A DNA stretch of 40,326 nt from Alphaproteobacteria bacterium MarineAlpha3_Bin4 (GTDB lineage: Bacteria; Pseudomonadota; Alphaproteobacteria; Rhodospirillales; Casp-alpha2), in the NCBI GenBank assembly GCA_002938045.1, contig PTLJ01000001.1, forward strand, positions 1 through 40,326, written 5' to 3'. The translations under genes and the position numbers were made by a program. Positions 25,152 through 34,240 of this stretch are shown piece by piece (position 1 is the first letter of the stretch; every line of letters begins with the position of its first letter). Below the pieces are notes generated by a model that was given only the letters and a program-made list of their open reading frames with translations, did no database searches and was not told the origin of the DNA.

Positions 25152-26153
25152 GTGCCTAGGAAACACCTTGAGGAGCTCCGTGACCTTGGGGTCCGCGTTC
25201 TGACCGGGGCGCGGACGTCGCCAGAGAACGCGGCATCAGTTGTGGAGGCGTTGATCCGGGCTGAGTCCGACGGCATCGCCAGCCACGGACTATCGCGGCT
25301 GCCGGCCTATGCTGACCAGGCGGAGTTGGGCAAGGTCGATGGCTTCGCGATGCCGGAACTGACCGAGACGGGCAACGCTGCCGTCCGCGTTGATGCCAAG
25401 AACGGCTTCGCCTATCCGGCCGTTCGCATCGGTCTAGAGCGCGTCACCGACATGGTACTGGTAGCCGGATGCGCTGCTGTCGCCATCGGCAGCTCCCACC
25501 ACGCCGGGGTCATCGGCCATCATGTCGAAAGCGTTGCCGAACATGGCTTCACGGCCATGGGCTTCACCAACTCGCCGGCTGCCATCGCACCCGCCGGTGG
25601 TGGCCGGGCCGTCTTTGGCACCAACCCCATCGCCTTTGCCTGTCCGCGTGTCGGTGCCGCGCCGATTGTCATTGATACCTCCTTGAGCCGGGTGGCGCGC
25701 GGCAGGATCAAGCTGGCAGCCGACCGCGGAGAGCCGATCCCGAACAACTGGGCGGTCGATAGGGAAGGCAACCCGACCACCGACGCTATCGCTGCCATGC
25801 AAGGCGCTATGCTTCCCATCGGTGGGCCGAAGGGCTCAGCCTTGGTGCTGATGGTCGAATTGTTGACAGCGGCGATGACTGGCTCCAACGCTGGCTTCCA
25901 GGCCAGCTCGTTCTTCGATGCCGAGGGCCCTCCGCCAGCGATCGGGCAGTTCTTCGTCGTCTTCGACCCGGACGCGTTCTCGGGCGGTGGCTTCAATAAA
26001 GGCGTCGAAGAACTAGTCAGCGCCATCGGCGGACAGTCGGGAACGCGGCTTCCGGGTGAGCGCCGGCTGGAACTGCGCGAACGGGCTGAGAAGGATGGCG
26101 TTGAAATTGCCGACGATCTATGGAAGGAGTTACAGCAACGGGCGGGCGATTAG
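25152..26153 (+). CDS. Ldh_2 (type-2 malate/L-lactate/sulfolactate dehydrogenase) family oxidoreductase, ComC-like
   Basis: 333 aa. Motifs ESDGIASHGLSRLPAY, GSSHHAG and FGTNPIAFA are typical of the Ldh_2 family. GTG start 5 nt after the preceding stop. Confidence 0.85.
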   Translation: MPRKHLEELRDLGVRVLTGARTSPENAASVVEALIRAESDGIASHGLSRLPAYADQAELGKVDGFAMPELTETGNAAVRVDAKNGFAYPAVRIGLERVTDMVLVAGCAAVAIGSSHHAGVIGHHVESVAEHGFTAMGFTNSPAAIAPAGGGRAVFGTNPIAFACPRVGAAPIVIDTSLSRVARGRIKLAADRGEPIPNNWAVDREGNPTTDAIAAMQGAMLPIGGPKGSALVLMVELLTAAMTGSNAGFQASSFFDAEGPPPAIGQFFVVFDPDAFSGGGFNKGVEELVSAIGGQSGTRLPGERRLELRERAEKDGVEIADDLWKELQQRAGD

Positions 26154-26162
26154 AACTGGCCG

Positions 26163-27470
26163 TTACCAATAGCTCATCGCCCCTTCGAACAAACCGCTAA
26201 GCGTCTCCTTTGAAATCTCGAGCGGGGCGTTGTGCAGCAACCTTTGTTGCGGAAAGGCGCCGTCGGTGAGCGGTACGATGTCGGCGGCGCCGTAGCCCAC
26301 GCCGCCGATACCGTTGGGCATGTCGGTCGCCTTCATCAGATCGATCAGCCGTTCGGACAGCACCTCGCCAGCGTCACCGTCCGAAGCGCCGCGGGTCTCG
26401 GAACCCAGCCACCTGGCTGCTGCTAGGTGGCGGTCCGCGCATGCCGGCGCCGTTAAGCGGAAGACAGCTGGCGCGTTGACGATTACAGACATCCCGTGTG
26501 GGCAGATCGGCGCATCCTTCGGGTAGCCGTCGGGGTAGAAATTACGGACCAGACCGGCGACCGAATAAGACATACCGTGTGGCACGTGGACCCCGGAGTT
26601 GCCGAACGCTATCCCGGCTAATGTCGCCGCCCACATCAGCTGCTCGCGGGCTTCAGTGTCGGTGTCGTCGGTGATCGCGCGAACGAGATACTTGCCGAGT
26701 ATGTTAAGCGCCTCCCGGCAGCCTAAATCGCTCCACGGATTGGCTCCCTGGCCGGCCGGTCGGGCGCTTGGGCGCTTAGGTGCCGGTCGCATCGTGAACG
26801 GCCGCGCGGTATAAGATTCGAGCGCATGGCTCAAGACGTCGAAGACACTCGCCGCGATCACGTTCCTGGGCATGGTATGTGTGCAGGACGGGTCGACCAA
26901 CGCAAGGCTCGGCCGAAGGCAGTTGGAGACGATGCCGGTTTTGGCCTTCATCTCAAGCAGGTCAAATACGGCGATGCCAGTGCATTCGGAACCGGTTCCA
27001 GATGTCGTCGGGCAGGCTATATGGGGTTTCAGGGGCCCCGGGGGTTGCTGGCCGCCGCCAATCGGAGCGTTGACGTAGGTGAGGAAATCGGCGGGATGGG
27101 TGGAATAGAGGTTAGCCGCCTTGGTGGTATCGATAACCGAACCGCCGCCGACCGATATAAAGCCTTCGAAATTGCCCTCGCGGGCAAAGTCGGTCGCGGC
27201 CTTAAAAGATATATCGGTCGGCTCGATTCGGACCTCGTCGTAGAGGGCGACATCGATCCCGGCGTCGGCGAGCGACCTCTTGACGGCAGCGACATGGGGT
27301 GTCGCGGCTAGTTGCCTGTCTGTGAACAATGCAATTCGACCGATACCAAGCGACCTTGCTAAATCGCCTGCTTCACGGAGGCAGTCTTTGCCGAAGGTGA
27401 TGGTATTCGCATTGACGGTGAAGGTGTCTTCCCCGTCTTCCGTCACGGCGTAGTAATGGCAACAGGCCAT
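26163..27470 (-). CDS. Iron-containing (group III) alcohol dehydrogenase, hydroxyacid-oxoacid transhydrogenase-like
   Basis: [16 protein letters not shown](P)-binding motif and a His-rich metal site (HALESY...HVPHGMS). ATG 27470 has an AGGA SD, whereas the track GTG 27506 has none. Confidence 0.85.
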   Translation of the reverse strand: MACCHYYAVTEDGEDTFTVNANTITFGKDCLREAGDLARSLGIGRIALFTDRQLAATPHVAAVKRSLADAGIDVALYDEVRIEPTDISFKAATDFAREGNFEGFISVGGGSVIDTTKAANLYSTHPADFLTYVNAPIGGGQQPPGPLKPHIACPTTSGTGSECTGIAVFDLLEMKAKTGIVSNCLRPSLALVDPSCTHTMPRNVIAASVFDVLSHALESYTARPFTMRPAPKRPSARPAGQGANPWSDLGCREALNILGKYLVRAITDDTDTEAREQLMWAATLAGIAFGNSGVHVPHGMSYSVAGLVRNFYPDGYPKDAPICPHGMSVIVNAPAVFRLTAPACADRHLAAARWLGSETRGASDGDAGEVLSERLIDLMKATDMPNGIGGVGYGAADIVPLTDGAFPQQRLLHNAPLEISKETLSGLFEGAMSYW

Positions 27471-27607
27471 CGAGTGTTTCCTTTCGGAACGCAATTCAGC
27501 GGCCACAAAGTGTACTGATTTGACCCGGAAAATAACAGCCGGCCAGACTCATGCTCTCCTTGTCGCGGTGGCGGCAGACTCGCATATTGCTAATCGGGGC
27601 GTCGGCC

Positions 27608-28897
27608 ATGGGGATGGACAGCAGCATGGACAAAGATATTGGATGCGAAACAACTCGCAAGCGCCGTCATGTCACCGTCGTTGGCGCCGGAATCGTCGGC
27701 ATCAATTGCGCCCTTCAGGCAGTTAAATCTGGGCACGTCGTCGTCGTCCTCGATCGGGAAGCACCGGGCCAGGGTTGTTCGTTTGGCAACGCCGGGCTGA
27801 TCGCACGCTCGTCGTTCGTGCCGCTGTCGTCACCCCGGATTCTTGCTGAGGTTCCAAAGTGGTTACTCGATCCACTTGGGCCGCTAGCGATTCGTTGGAC
27901 CTATCTGCCGCGGCTGATCCCGTGGCTGGTCCGATTTGTCCGCGCCGGAAACCTGAAACAGGTGCACCAAACCGCGGCAGCGTTGCAAACGCTTACCGAC
28001 CCTTCGGTCGAACTCTATCAGCAATTGGCGAAGGAGGCCGGGGTGGGTTCGTTAGTGCGCGCGTCCGACTACATCTACGTTTTCGAAACGAAAAAAGCCT
28101 TCGCCAAGGCCGCCTTCGATATGGAGCTGAGGGAACAGCTGGGAGTCCGGGTCGAGCGATTGCGCGGCGGCGAGGTCCGGGACCTGGAGCCTACGCTCGC
28201 CGATCATTTCAAGTTCGCCTACCGGCTCCTGGATCACGGCTTCACGGTCGACCCAGAAGGTTTGGTCAAATCGTTGGCTGACCACTTTCGACGTCTCGGA
28301 GGCGACATCCGCCGTTGCGAGGTTAAAGATGCCGAATTTGGCCCACGGGATGTCACGGCTTTGATTACCGACGACGGCCGCCTCGAGACCGACGTCGTGG
28401 TGCTCGCTGCCGGTGCCTATTCTGGGCCCCTGGCTCGCACGTTCGGTGTGACGGTGCCGCTTGATACGGAGCGCGGCTACCACGTTACGCTTCCCGATCC
28501 CGGCGTCATGCCGAAGCGTCCGGTGATGAGTGGCGAGCGCAAGTTTCTGGTGACGCCGATGGCAATGGGACTCAGGTTTGCTGGCACGGTCGAGTTCGGC
28601 GGCGTCGTTGCGCCAGCTAACTATGCTCGCGCGCGGGCGCTGCTAGCGCTCGGCGGGCACATGTTCCCAGGCATCCGCACCGACGGATACTCCGAATGGA
28701 TGGGACTGAGGCCGACGTTGCCGGACAGTCTACCAGTGATCGGTTCGTCGCCTAAGTTTGACAATGTCATATTTGCCTTCGGCCACCAGCACATAGGCCT
28801 AACCGCAGCGCCAAAGACCGCGCAAATTATCGCTGAACTGATCGATGGTCGCACACCTAACGTTGATATTAGGCCGTTTCGCCCCAATCGCTTTTAG
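27608..28897 (+). CDS. FAD-dependent oxidoreductase, D-amino-acid dehydrogenase (DadA)-like
   Basis: The VTVVGAGIVGINCAL dinucleotide-binding fold, then GNAGLI and the C-terminal FGHQHIGLTAAP, are all DadA-like. The start is uncertain: the track gives 27551, and ATGs at 27608, 27614 and 27626 are closer to the GxGxxG motif. Confidence 0.8.
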   Translation: MGMDSSMDKDIGCETTRKRRHVTVVGAGIVGINCALQAVKSGHVVVVLDREAPGQGCSFGNAGLIARSSFVPLSSPRILAEVPKWLLDPLGPLAIRWTYLPRLIPWLVRFVRAGNLKQVHQTAAALQTLTDPSVELYQQLAKEAGVGSLVRASDYIYVFETKKAFAKAAFDMELREQLGVRVERLRGGEVRDLEPTLADHFKFAYRLLDHGFTVDPEGLVKSLADHFRRLGGDIRRCEVKDAEFGPRDVTALITDDGRLETDVVVLAAGAYSGPLARTFGVTVPLDTERGYHVTLPDPGVMPKRPVMSGERKFLVTPMAMGLRFAGTVEFGGVVAPANYARARALLALGGHMFPGIRTDGYSEWMGLRPTLPDSLPVIGSSPKFDNVIFAFGHQHIGLTAAPKTAQIIAELIDGRTPNVDIRPFRPNRF

Positions 28898-29254
28898 ACG
28901 CGGCGATTTCATCATGATTGTAAAGGCGGACGATAATCTCGTCGACGACATGGTTCCTCGTCCTGAACGTTGATGCGCTTTCGTCCAGCCAAATGAGCGA
29001 GTCTTGACGGCGTTGGCCGGATCGCTTAATGAATTGCCGGCGAACCCTGGAGTTCATGATCATTTAGATACTTTATGATTAAATTCCACGACACTAGAAA
29101 CCACCCATAATGCGATGAAAAAACAATATTTTTTGAGGCCAGATAGAATTGAAACTCACCTCCCCGACTTGATTGGGCTTCACGAAAGAATCGACCTTTG
29201 ATTTCTTTTGTGGTTTCAGGACTACTTATACCAAACATGACGGAGCTAGAAGCC

Positions 29255-29893
29255 ATGTCGGTGTTTCGGACGAAGGGACGGTCAGTAATTGCGCTAATAC
29301 TGTTAGGCGTGTTGCTGGTTGCTGGCGGTGTTCCTGCTCAGGCGGGCGACGAGGAGTTCGGCGCTGAGGCTAAGGCATTTGTCGAGGATATGGCGGTCAA
29401 GGCGATCGCTGAGCTGACTGTATCCGACCTAGACAAAGACAAGCGGCGCAGGCGGTTTCGCGAAATGATGCACGAATACTTTGCCTTTAAGGGCATCGCC
29501 AAGTGGGTGCTTGGTCGCTATTGGCGTAGGGCCACGGAGGTCGAGCGCAAAGAATACCTCGAGCTTTTCGAGCAGCTCATGGTGGCAGTCTACACCGAAC
29601 GGTTCGAGCGCTATTCGGGCGAAACCCTGAGTGTCGAGCGTGCTGAAGTACGTGGCGGCAAGGATGTACTAGTACACTCCAGATTGTTGCGTCCGAACGG
29701 CCTCAAGCCGATCAAAGTCGCCTGGCGCGTGCGTGCCGATGGCCACGTCTATCGCGTCGTCGACATCTTGGTCGAAGGCCTGAGCATGGGCGTGACCCAG
29801 CGGGAGGAATTCGCGTCATTCATACGCCAGAACAATGGCAGAGTGCAAAGCCTGCTTATCGAACTGCGTAAGCGGATCGAAGCGGCGACTTGA
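29255..29893 (+). CDS. hpnM: MlaC/Ttg2D-family periplasmic lipid-binding protein (HpnM-like, hopanoid-associated)
   Basis: ATG 29255 (GGAG SD) gives the signal peptide MSVFRTKGRSVIALILLGVLLVAGGVPAQA. The body resembles the toluene-tolerance Ttg2D/MlaC family (IAKWVLGRYWRRAT...ELFEQLMVAVYTERF). Lies 33 nt upstream of hpnC. The gene symbol rests on synteny. Confidence 0.65.
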   Translation: MSVFRTKGRSVIALILLGVLLVAGGVPAQAGDEEFGAEAKAFVEDMAVKAIAELTVSDLDKDKRRRRFREMMHEYFAFKGIAKWVLGRYWRRATEVERKEYLELFEQLMVAVYTERFERYSGETLSVERAEVRGGKDVLVHSRLLRPNGLKPIKVAWRVRADGHVYRVVDILVEGLSMGVTQREEFASFIRQNNGRVQSLLIELRKRIEAAT

Positions 29894-29926
29894 GGTCCCA
29901 GCAGAGTTCAGTCCCGCGCGATACTG

Positions 29927-30793
29927 ATGACAAATCCTTTTGTCGCCGCTGTCGAGACACCGTCCGGCAAAGACACGGCCTACGAAAACTTTCCGGTCGG
30001 ATCATGGCTGTTGCCGCGCGCGCTTCGGCCGCATATCGCCGTCTTCTATCGGTTCGCCCGGGCGATCGACGATATTGCCGACAATCCGAATCTCCCAGCC
30101 GACGAAAAGCTCGCCCGGTTGAAGCGCTTCGAGGATGTGCTGCTCGGTTGTGAGACCGATAGTCCAGCGTTGGAAACCGTGCACCTGATGCGTCGGAGCC
30201 TGGCCGAAACCGGCGTTCCCGCCCGTCATTGCATCGATCTGATCGCCGCCTTCAAGCAGGATGCGACCAAGCTTCGCTACGCCGATTGGGATGACCTAAT
30301 GGAGTATTGCGTTCTCTCGGCGGCGCCGGTGGGGCGTTATTTGCTCGACCTCCACGGCGGGTCCAGCCACGGCTACGGCCCATCGGACGCGCTCTGCATG
30401 GCGCTGCAAGTGATCAACCACCTGCAGGACTGCAAGGACGATTACCAGACACTGGATCGCGTCTACCTGCCGGCCGATTGGATGGCGGAGGCAGGGGCGA
30501 CGGTCGAGAATCTAGCGGCCGCCGCGTCGAGCACTGCCCTCCGCTCGCTGCTCGATCGCACATTGAATGCGACCGCTGATCTACTCGATAGGTCGCGGTC
30601 GCTGCCCGACGGCCTGAGAAGACGCGGTTTGGCTATGGAATCGGCGGCGATCATCGCTATCGCTGAGCGGTTGATCGAGCAGTTGCGGGTCCGTGACCCG
30701 TTAGGGCCCCGCGTGCAGTTGACCAAGGCCAGTTATCTCTTTTGTTGCATCCGTGGCGCCTTGGCCGCTGGCCTAAGAAGCCGGCTGTCGTGA
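29927..30793 (+). CDS. hpnC: Hydroxysqualene synthase HpnC (squalene/phytoene synthase family)
   Basis: 288 aa. ENFPVGSWLLP...FYRFARAIDDIAD and a second Asp-rich region, INHLQDCKDD. Confidence 0.88.
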   Translation: MTNPFVAAVETPSGKDTAYENFPVGSWLLPRALRPHIAVFYRFARAIDDIADNPNLPADEKLARLKRFEDVLLGCETDSPALETVHLMRRSLAETGVPARHCIDLIAAFKQDATKLRYADWDDLMEYCVLSAAPVGRYLLDLHGGSSHGYGPSDALCMALQVINHLQDCKDDYQTLDRVYLPADWMAEAGATVENLAAAASSTALRSLLDRTLNATADLLDRSRSLPDGLRRRGLAMESAAIIAIAERLIEQLRVRDPLGPRVQLTKASYLFCCIRGALAAGLRSRLS

Positions 30794-31950
30794 CCACCGG
30801 TCTGCTCCTCGGCTTCGCTCTAGTGTCCGTGGCAGTGTGGATCGGCTTGCTTCTGTTGCGCGGCGGGTTCTGGCGCTGCGACCAGCGGATCGCACCGGCG
30901 GCGGAGTTCGCCGCTTGGCCTGCAGTGGTCGCCGTGATACCGGCTCGCAACGAGGCTGCGACGATCGGCTTCACCGTCGGTTCGCTGCTAGCGCAGAACT
31001 ACCCGGGCAAAATTCACGTCATCGTCGTCGACGACAATAGCGACGACGACACCGCCACTGCAGCCGGTCGTTCGGACCGATTGACGGTAGTCAAGGGGGA
31101 GCCGCTCGAGCCCGGCTGGACGGGAAAGCTTTGGGCTTTGCAGCAGGGCTTGACGGCAGCCGGGGACACCCTATCCGAGGCTGGCTACGCGTTATTGACG
31201 GACGCCGACATCGAGCACCACCCGGCCAATCTTCGCGAACTGGTCTCGATGGCAGAAAAGGGCGGACTCGATCTTACGTCGTTGATGGTCAAACTGCGCT
31301 GCGAGAGCGGATGGGAGCGGTTGCTAATCCCGGCGTTCGTTTTCTTCTTCCAGAAGCTCTATCCGTTCCCCCGGGTTAACGACCGCAGCCGGCCCGAGGC
31401 TGCTGCTGCTGGCGGCTGCATGCTGGTCCGGCTGTCAGCGCTGGTGGCTGCCGGCGGCATCCAGACGATCAGAGATCGGCTGATCGACGATTGCGCGCTC
31501 GCCACCCTGATCAAGCGCCACGGCCCCATATGGCTCGGTTTGACGGAGCACACCGTGAGCCTGCGCGCTTACGACGATTTAGCGCAAATCTGGCACATGG
31601 TCGCCCGTACCGCCTTCGTACAGCTCAACCACTCTGTGCTTGCGCTGTTCGGCACCGTGCTGGGGATGGTGATTATCTATCTGGTGCCGTCGGTTTCGCT
31701 TTTCGTCGGCGTAATCCTCCGGGATACCGCGCTCAGCTTCGCCGGCGCCGCCGCGATGGGAATAATGACAGCGGCCTACGCGCCGACCCTTCGCCTCTAC
31801 GGCCAGCCGCTTTGGCGTGGGCCATGGTTGCCGGTGGCGGCCGTCTTGTATTTGTTGATAACGGTGTCGTCGGCGATCCGCCATTGGCGCGGTCGGGGTA
31901 GCGCCTGGAAGGGACGGACATATTCCGAAAAAGTGTCGCGGCCAGCGTGA
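30790..31950 (+). CDS. hpnB: Hopanoid-associated family-2 glycosyltransferase HpnB
   Basis: N-terminal TM segment, then VIPARNEA...VVDDNSDDDT and EPGWTGKLWALQQG (HpnB-like). GTG 30790 overlaps the hpnC TGA (GTGA). The track start at 30742 would overlap hpnC by 52 nt. Confidence 0.8.
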   Translation: MTTGLLLGFALVSVAVWIGLLLLRGGFWRCDQRIAPAAEFAAWPAVVAVIPARNEAATIGFTVGSLLAQNYPGKIHVIVVDDNSDDDTATAAGRSDRLTVVKGEPLEPGWTGKLWALQQGLTAAGDTLSEAGYALLTDADIEHHPANLRELVSMAEKGGLDLTSLMVKLRCESGWERLLIPAFVFFFQKLYPFPRVNDRSRPEAAAAGGCMLVRLSALVAAGGIQTIRDRLIDDCALATLIKRHGPIWLGLTEHTVSLRAYDDLAQIWHMVARTAFVQLNHSVLALFGTVLGMVIIYLVPSVSLFVGVILRDTALSFAGAAAMGIMTAAYAPTLRLYGQPLWRGPWLPVAAVLYLLITVSSAIRHWRGRGSAWKGRTYSEKVSRPA

Positions 31951-32873
31951 CGCGCCCTGTTCTGGAGCCGGAGACTGGTGTATCCATGAGCGCCATGAAC
32001 GCCATCGTTAACAAAAAACCCGCAACGGACGCATCTCGTGCCGAGGCTGTGGCCCATGTCGAGGACGTCGTCCGCAGGTCCGGCACGTCGTTCTTCTGGG
32101 CCATGCGGCGGTTGTCGGCCGGCAAACGCCGCGCGATGTACGCTATCTATGCGTTCTGTCGCGAGGTCGACGATATTGCCGACGGCGCCGGAGATCCGGA
32201 CGAGAAACGGGCGCGTCTCGGCCAGTGGCGCGGCGAGATCGAACGCCTGTACGGCGATCGCCCGCACTCGCCAATCGCCCGCGCCTTGGCCGAGACGGTC
32301 GAGCGCTACGGCCTCAGGAAACAGGATTTTCAGGCCATCATCAACGGCATGGAAATGGACACCGGCACCTCGATTCGGTTAGCTGACATGGAGGAACTGA
32401 TCCTTTACTGCGACCGCGTCGCCTGCGCCGTCGGTCGACACTCGATCCGGGTGTTTGGCGTGCCCGAGGCCGACGGCGACGCAATCGCCCAGGCCCTCGG
32501 CCAAGCTCTGCAACTGACCAATATCCTGCGCGATATCCGCGAAGACGCGGAACTCGACCGCCTTTACCTGCCGGCGGACCTGCTGGCCGCCCACGATATT
32601 GATGCCGCCGACGCGACCGCCGTCGTCGACCATCCGCGGCTGCCGCAAGTCTGTGAGCTAATCGCCAACATCGCAGAACGGCGGTTCGAGGAGGCACGGG
32701 CAATGATCGCCACATGCGACCCGGAGCGGATCCGGCCGGCGGTAATGATGATGGAAGTTTATCATCGCATCCTCCACAAGATGACAACGCATGGATGGGT
32801 CCACCACGGCACACGGGTCCGTTTGTCAGCATTGGAGAAACTGTGGGTTGTTTTTCGATACGGGATCCTGTGA
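31947..32873 (+). CDS. hpnD: Presqualene diphosphate synthase HpnD (squalene/phytoene synthase family)
   Basis: SGTSFFWAMRRL...MYAIYAFCREVDDIAD and the second Asp-rich motif NILRDIREDAELDRLYLP. GTG 31947 overlaps the hpnB TGA. The alternative ATG 31986 has a GGAG SD. Confidence 0.88.
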   Translation: MTRPVLEPETGVSMSAMNAIVNKKPATDASRAEAVAHVEDVVRRSGTSFFWAMRRLSAGKRRAMYAIYAFCREVDDIADGAGDPDEKRARLGQWRGEIERLYGDRPHSPIARALAETVERYGLRKQDFQAIINGMEMDTGTSIRLADMEELILYCDRVACAVGRHSIRVFGVPEADGDAIAQALGQALQLTNILRDIREDAELDRLYLPADLLAAHDIDAADATAVVDHPRLPQVCELIANIAERRFEEARAMIATCDPERIRPAVMMMEVYHRILHKMTTHGWVHHGTRVRLSALEKLWVVFRYGIL

Positions 32874-32876
32874 ACG

Positions 32877-34124
32877 TTGGCCGGGCGGATACATATCATC
32901 GGCGCCGGGCTTGCCGGGCTGTCAGCCGCCGTCCGGCTGTCGTCGCAGGGTCGCGTGGTCAACGTCTACGAGAGCGCCAGCTACGCCGGTGGGCGCTGCC
33001 GGTCGTTCCACGACGCCAACCTGGACCGCGTCATCGACAACGGCAATCATCTTTTGCTGAGTGGCAACCGGGCGGCGCTCGCGTTCCTTCGTGAGATTGG
33101 CGCGGCGGACAGCGTCACCGGACCGAGCCCGGCGGTGTTTCCGTTCCTGGATCTCGACGGCGGCCTCAGGTGGCAAGTCAAACCCGACCGCGGCGCGATC
33201 CCGTGGTCAATCCTTTCGGCCTGGCGGCGTGTGCCCGGAAGCCGTCTCAGAGATTACCTGTGGGGGCTGCAGCTGGCCCGAGCGAGGGCGACGGACTCGG
33301 TCACCGATTGCCTCGGCGCCGATAACCTCTTGTTCCGCCGGTTTTGGAAACCGCTCGCGGTATCGGTGCTCAACACCGCTGCCGAAGAGGGCGCTGCGCG
33401 CCTACTGTGGCCGGTGATCCGTGAGACCTTCGGGCGAGGCGAGGCTGCCTGCCGGCCTTTGATCGCGCGGCACGGGCTGAGCGATAGCTTCGTTACGCCG
33501 GCGACGGCATTTCTCAAACGCCACGGCGCGCCCGTCGCCTTCAACCGGCGGCTGCGGCGGCTTGGTTTTGACGGCGAGCGGCTTACCACTCTCGACTTCG
33601 GCGACAGTCAACTCGAGGTACAGGACGGCGACAGCGTCATCCTCGCCGTGCCGCCGCTGATCGCCGCCGAGCTGGTGCCCGGCCTGGAGACGCCGACCGA
33701 CAGCCGCGCCATCGTCAACGGCCATTTCTGCCTTGCGGAGGAGGCACAGGAGATCTCGTTTTGTGGACTGATCGGCGGCACCGCCCAATGGTTGTTCATT
33801 CGTGGCGACATCGTATCAGTCACGGTTAGCGCCGCGGACGATCTGGCCGCGCAGCCGACCGAGCTGATCGCCGAACGGCTGTGGAGCGAGGTCGCGACGG
33901 CTCTCGATCTTGGCGACGCCGAGCTCGGGCCTTATCGGATCGTCAAGGAGAAACGCGCGACCTTCGCGCAGACGCCCGAGCAGGTCCGACGGAGGCCGGG
34001 CGCACGAACACGATGGTGCAACCTTCACCTTGCCGGCGATTGGACAGACACCGGGCTTCCGGCGACCATCGAGGGCGCCATCCGCTCCGGTCATAATGTC
34101 GCGCAATCGGTTATATATCTGTGA
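32877..34124 (+). CDS. hpnE: Hydroxysqualene dehydroxylase HpnE (FAD-dependent amine-oxidase/desaturase fold)
   Basis: 415 aa. N-terminal IHIIGAGLAGLSAA...YESASYAGGRCRS FAD fold and the C-terminal LAGDWT...TIEGAIRSG. Positioned between hpnD and shc. TTG start 3 nt after the hpnD stop. Confidence 0.85.
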   Translation: MAGRIHIIGAGLAGLSAAVRLSSQGRVVNVYESASYAGGRCRSFHDANLDRVIDNGNHLLLSGNRAALAFLREIGAADSVTGPSPAVFPFLDLDGGLRWQVKPDRGAIPWSILSAWRRVPGSRLRDYLWGLQLARARATDSVTDCLGADNLLFRRFWKPLAVSVLNTAAEEGAARLLWPVIRETFGRGEAACRPLIARHGLSDSFVTPATAFLKRHGAPVAFNRRLRRLGFDGERLTTLDFGDSQLEVQDGDSVILAVPPLIAAELVPGLETPTDSRAIVNGHFCLAEEAQEISFCGLIGGTAQWLFIRGDIVSVTVSAADDLAAQPTELIAERLWSEVATALDLGDAELGPYRIVKEKRATFAQTPEQVRRRPGARTRWCNLHLAGDWTDTGLPATIEGAIRSGHNVAQSVIYL

Positions 34125-34240
34125 CGAGAACTTGCAATACGGTTATATTGTTGCGACAAAGTGAACTCGCCAAGTCTGTGCTCGAAGGTATCATTACATC
34201 TTCCGGAATCCGGTGGGTGGGCCATTTAAGGCGGTAACGG

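Noticed and set aside
34128-34152. EcfG (general stress sigma)-like promoter upstream of shc: GAAC-N17-TGTT.
   Set aside because: It is only a partial match to the GGAAC-N16/17-CGTT consensus I remember, lacking the leading G and the C of CGTT. A match this degenerate is expected by chance, and no similar element was seen upstream of the other hpn transcription units.
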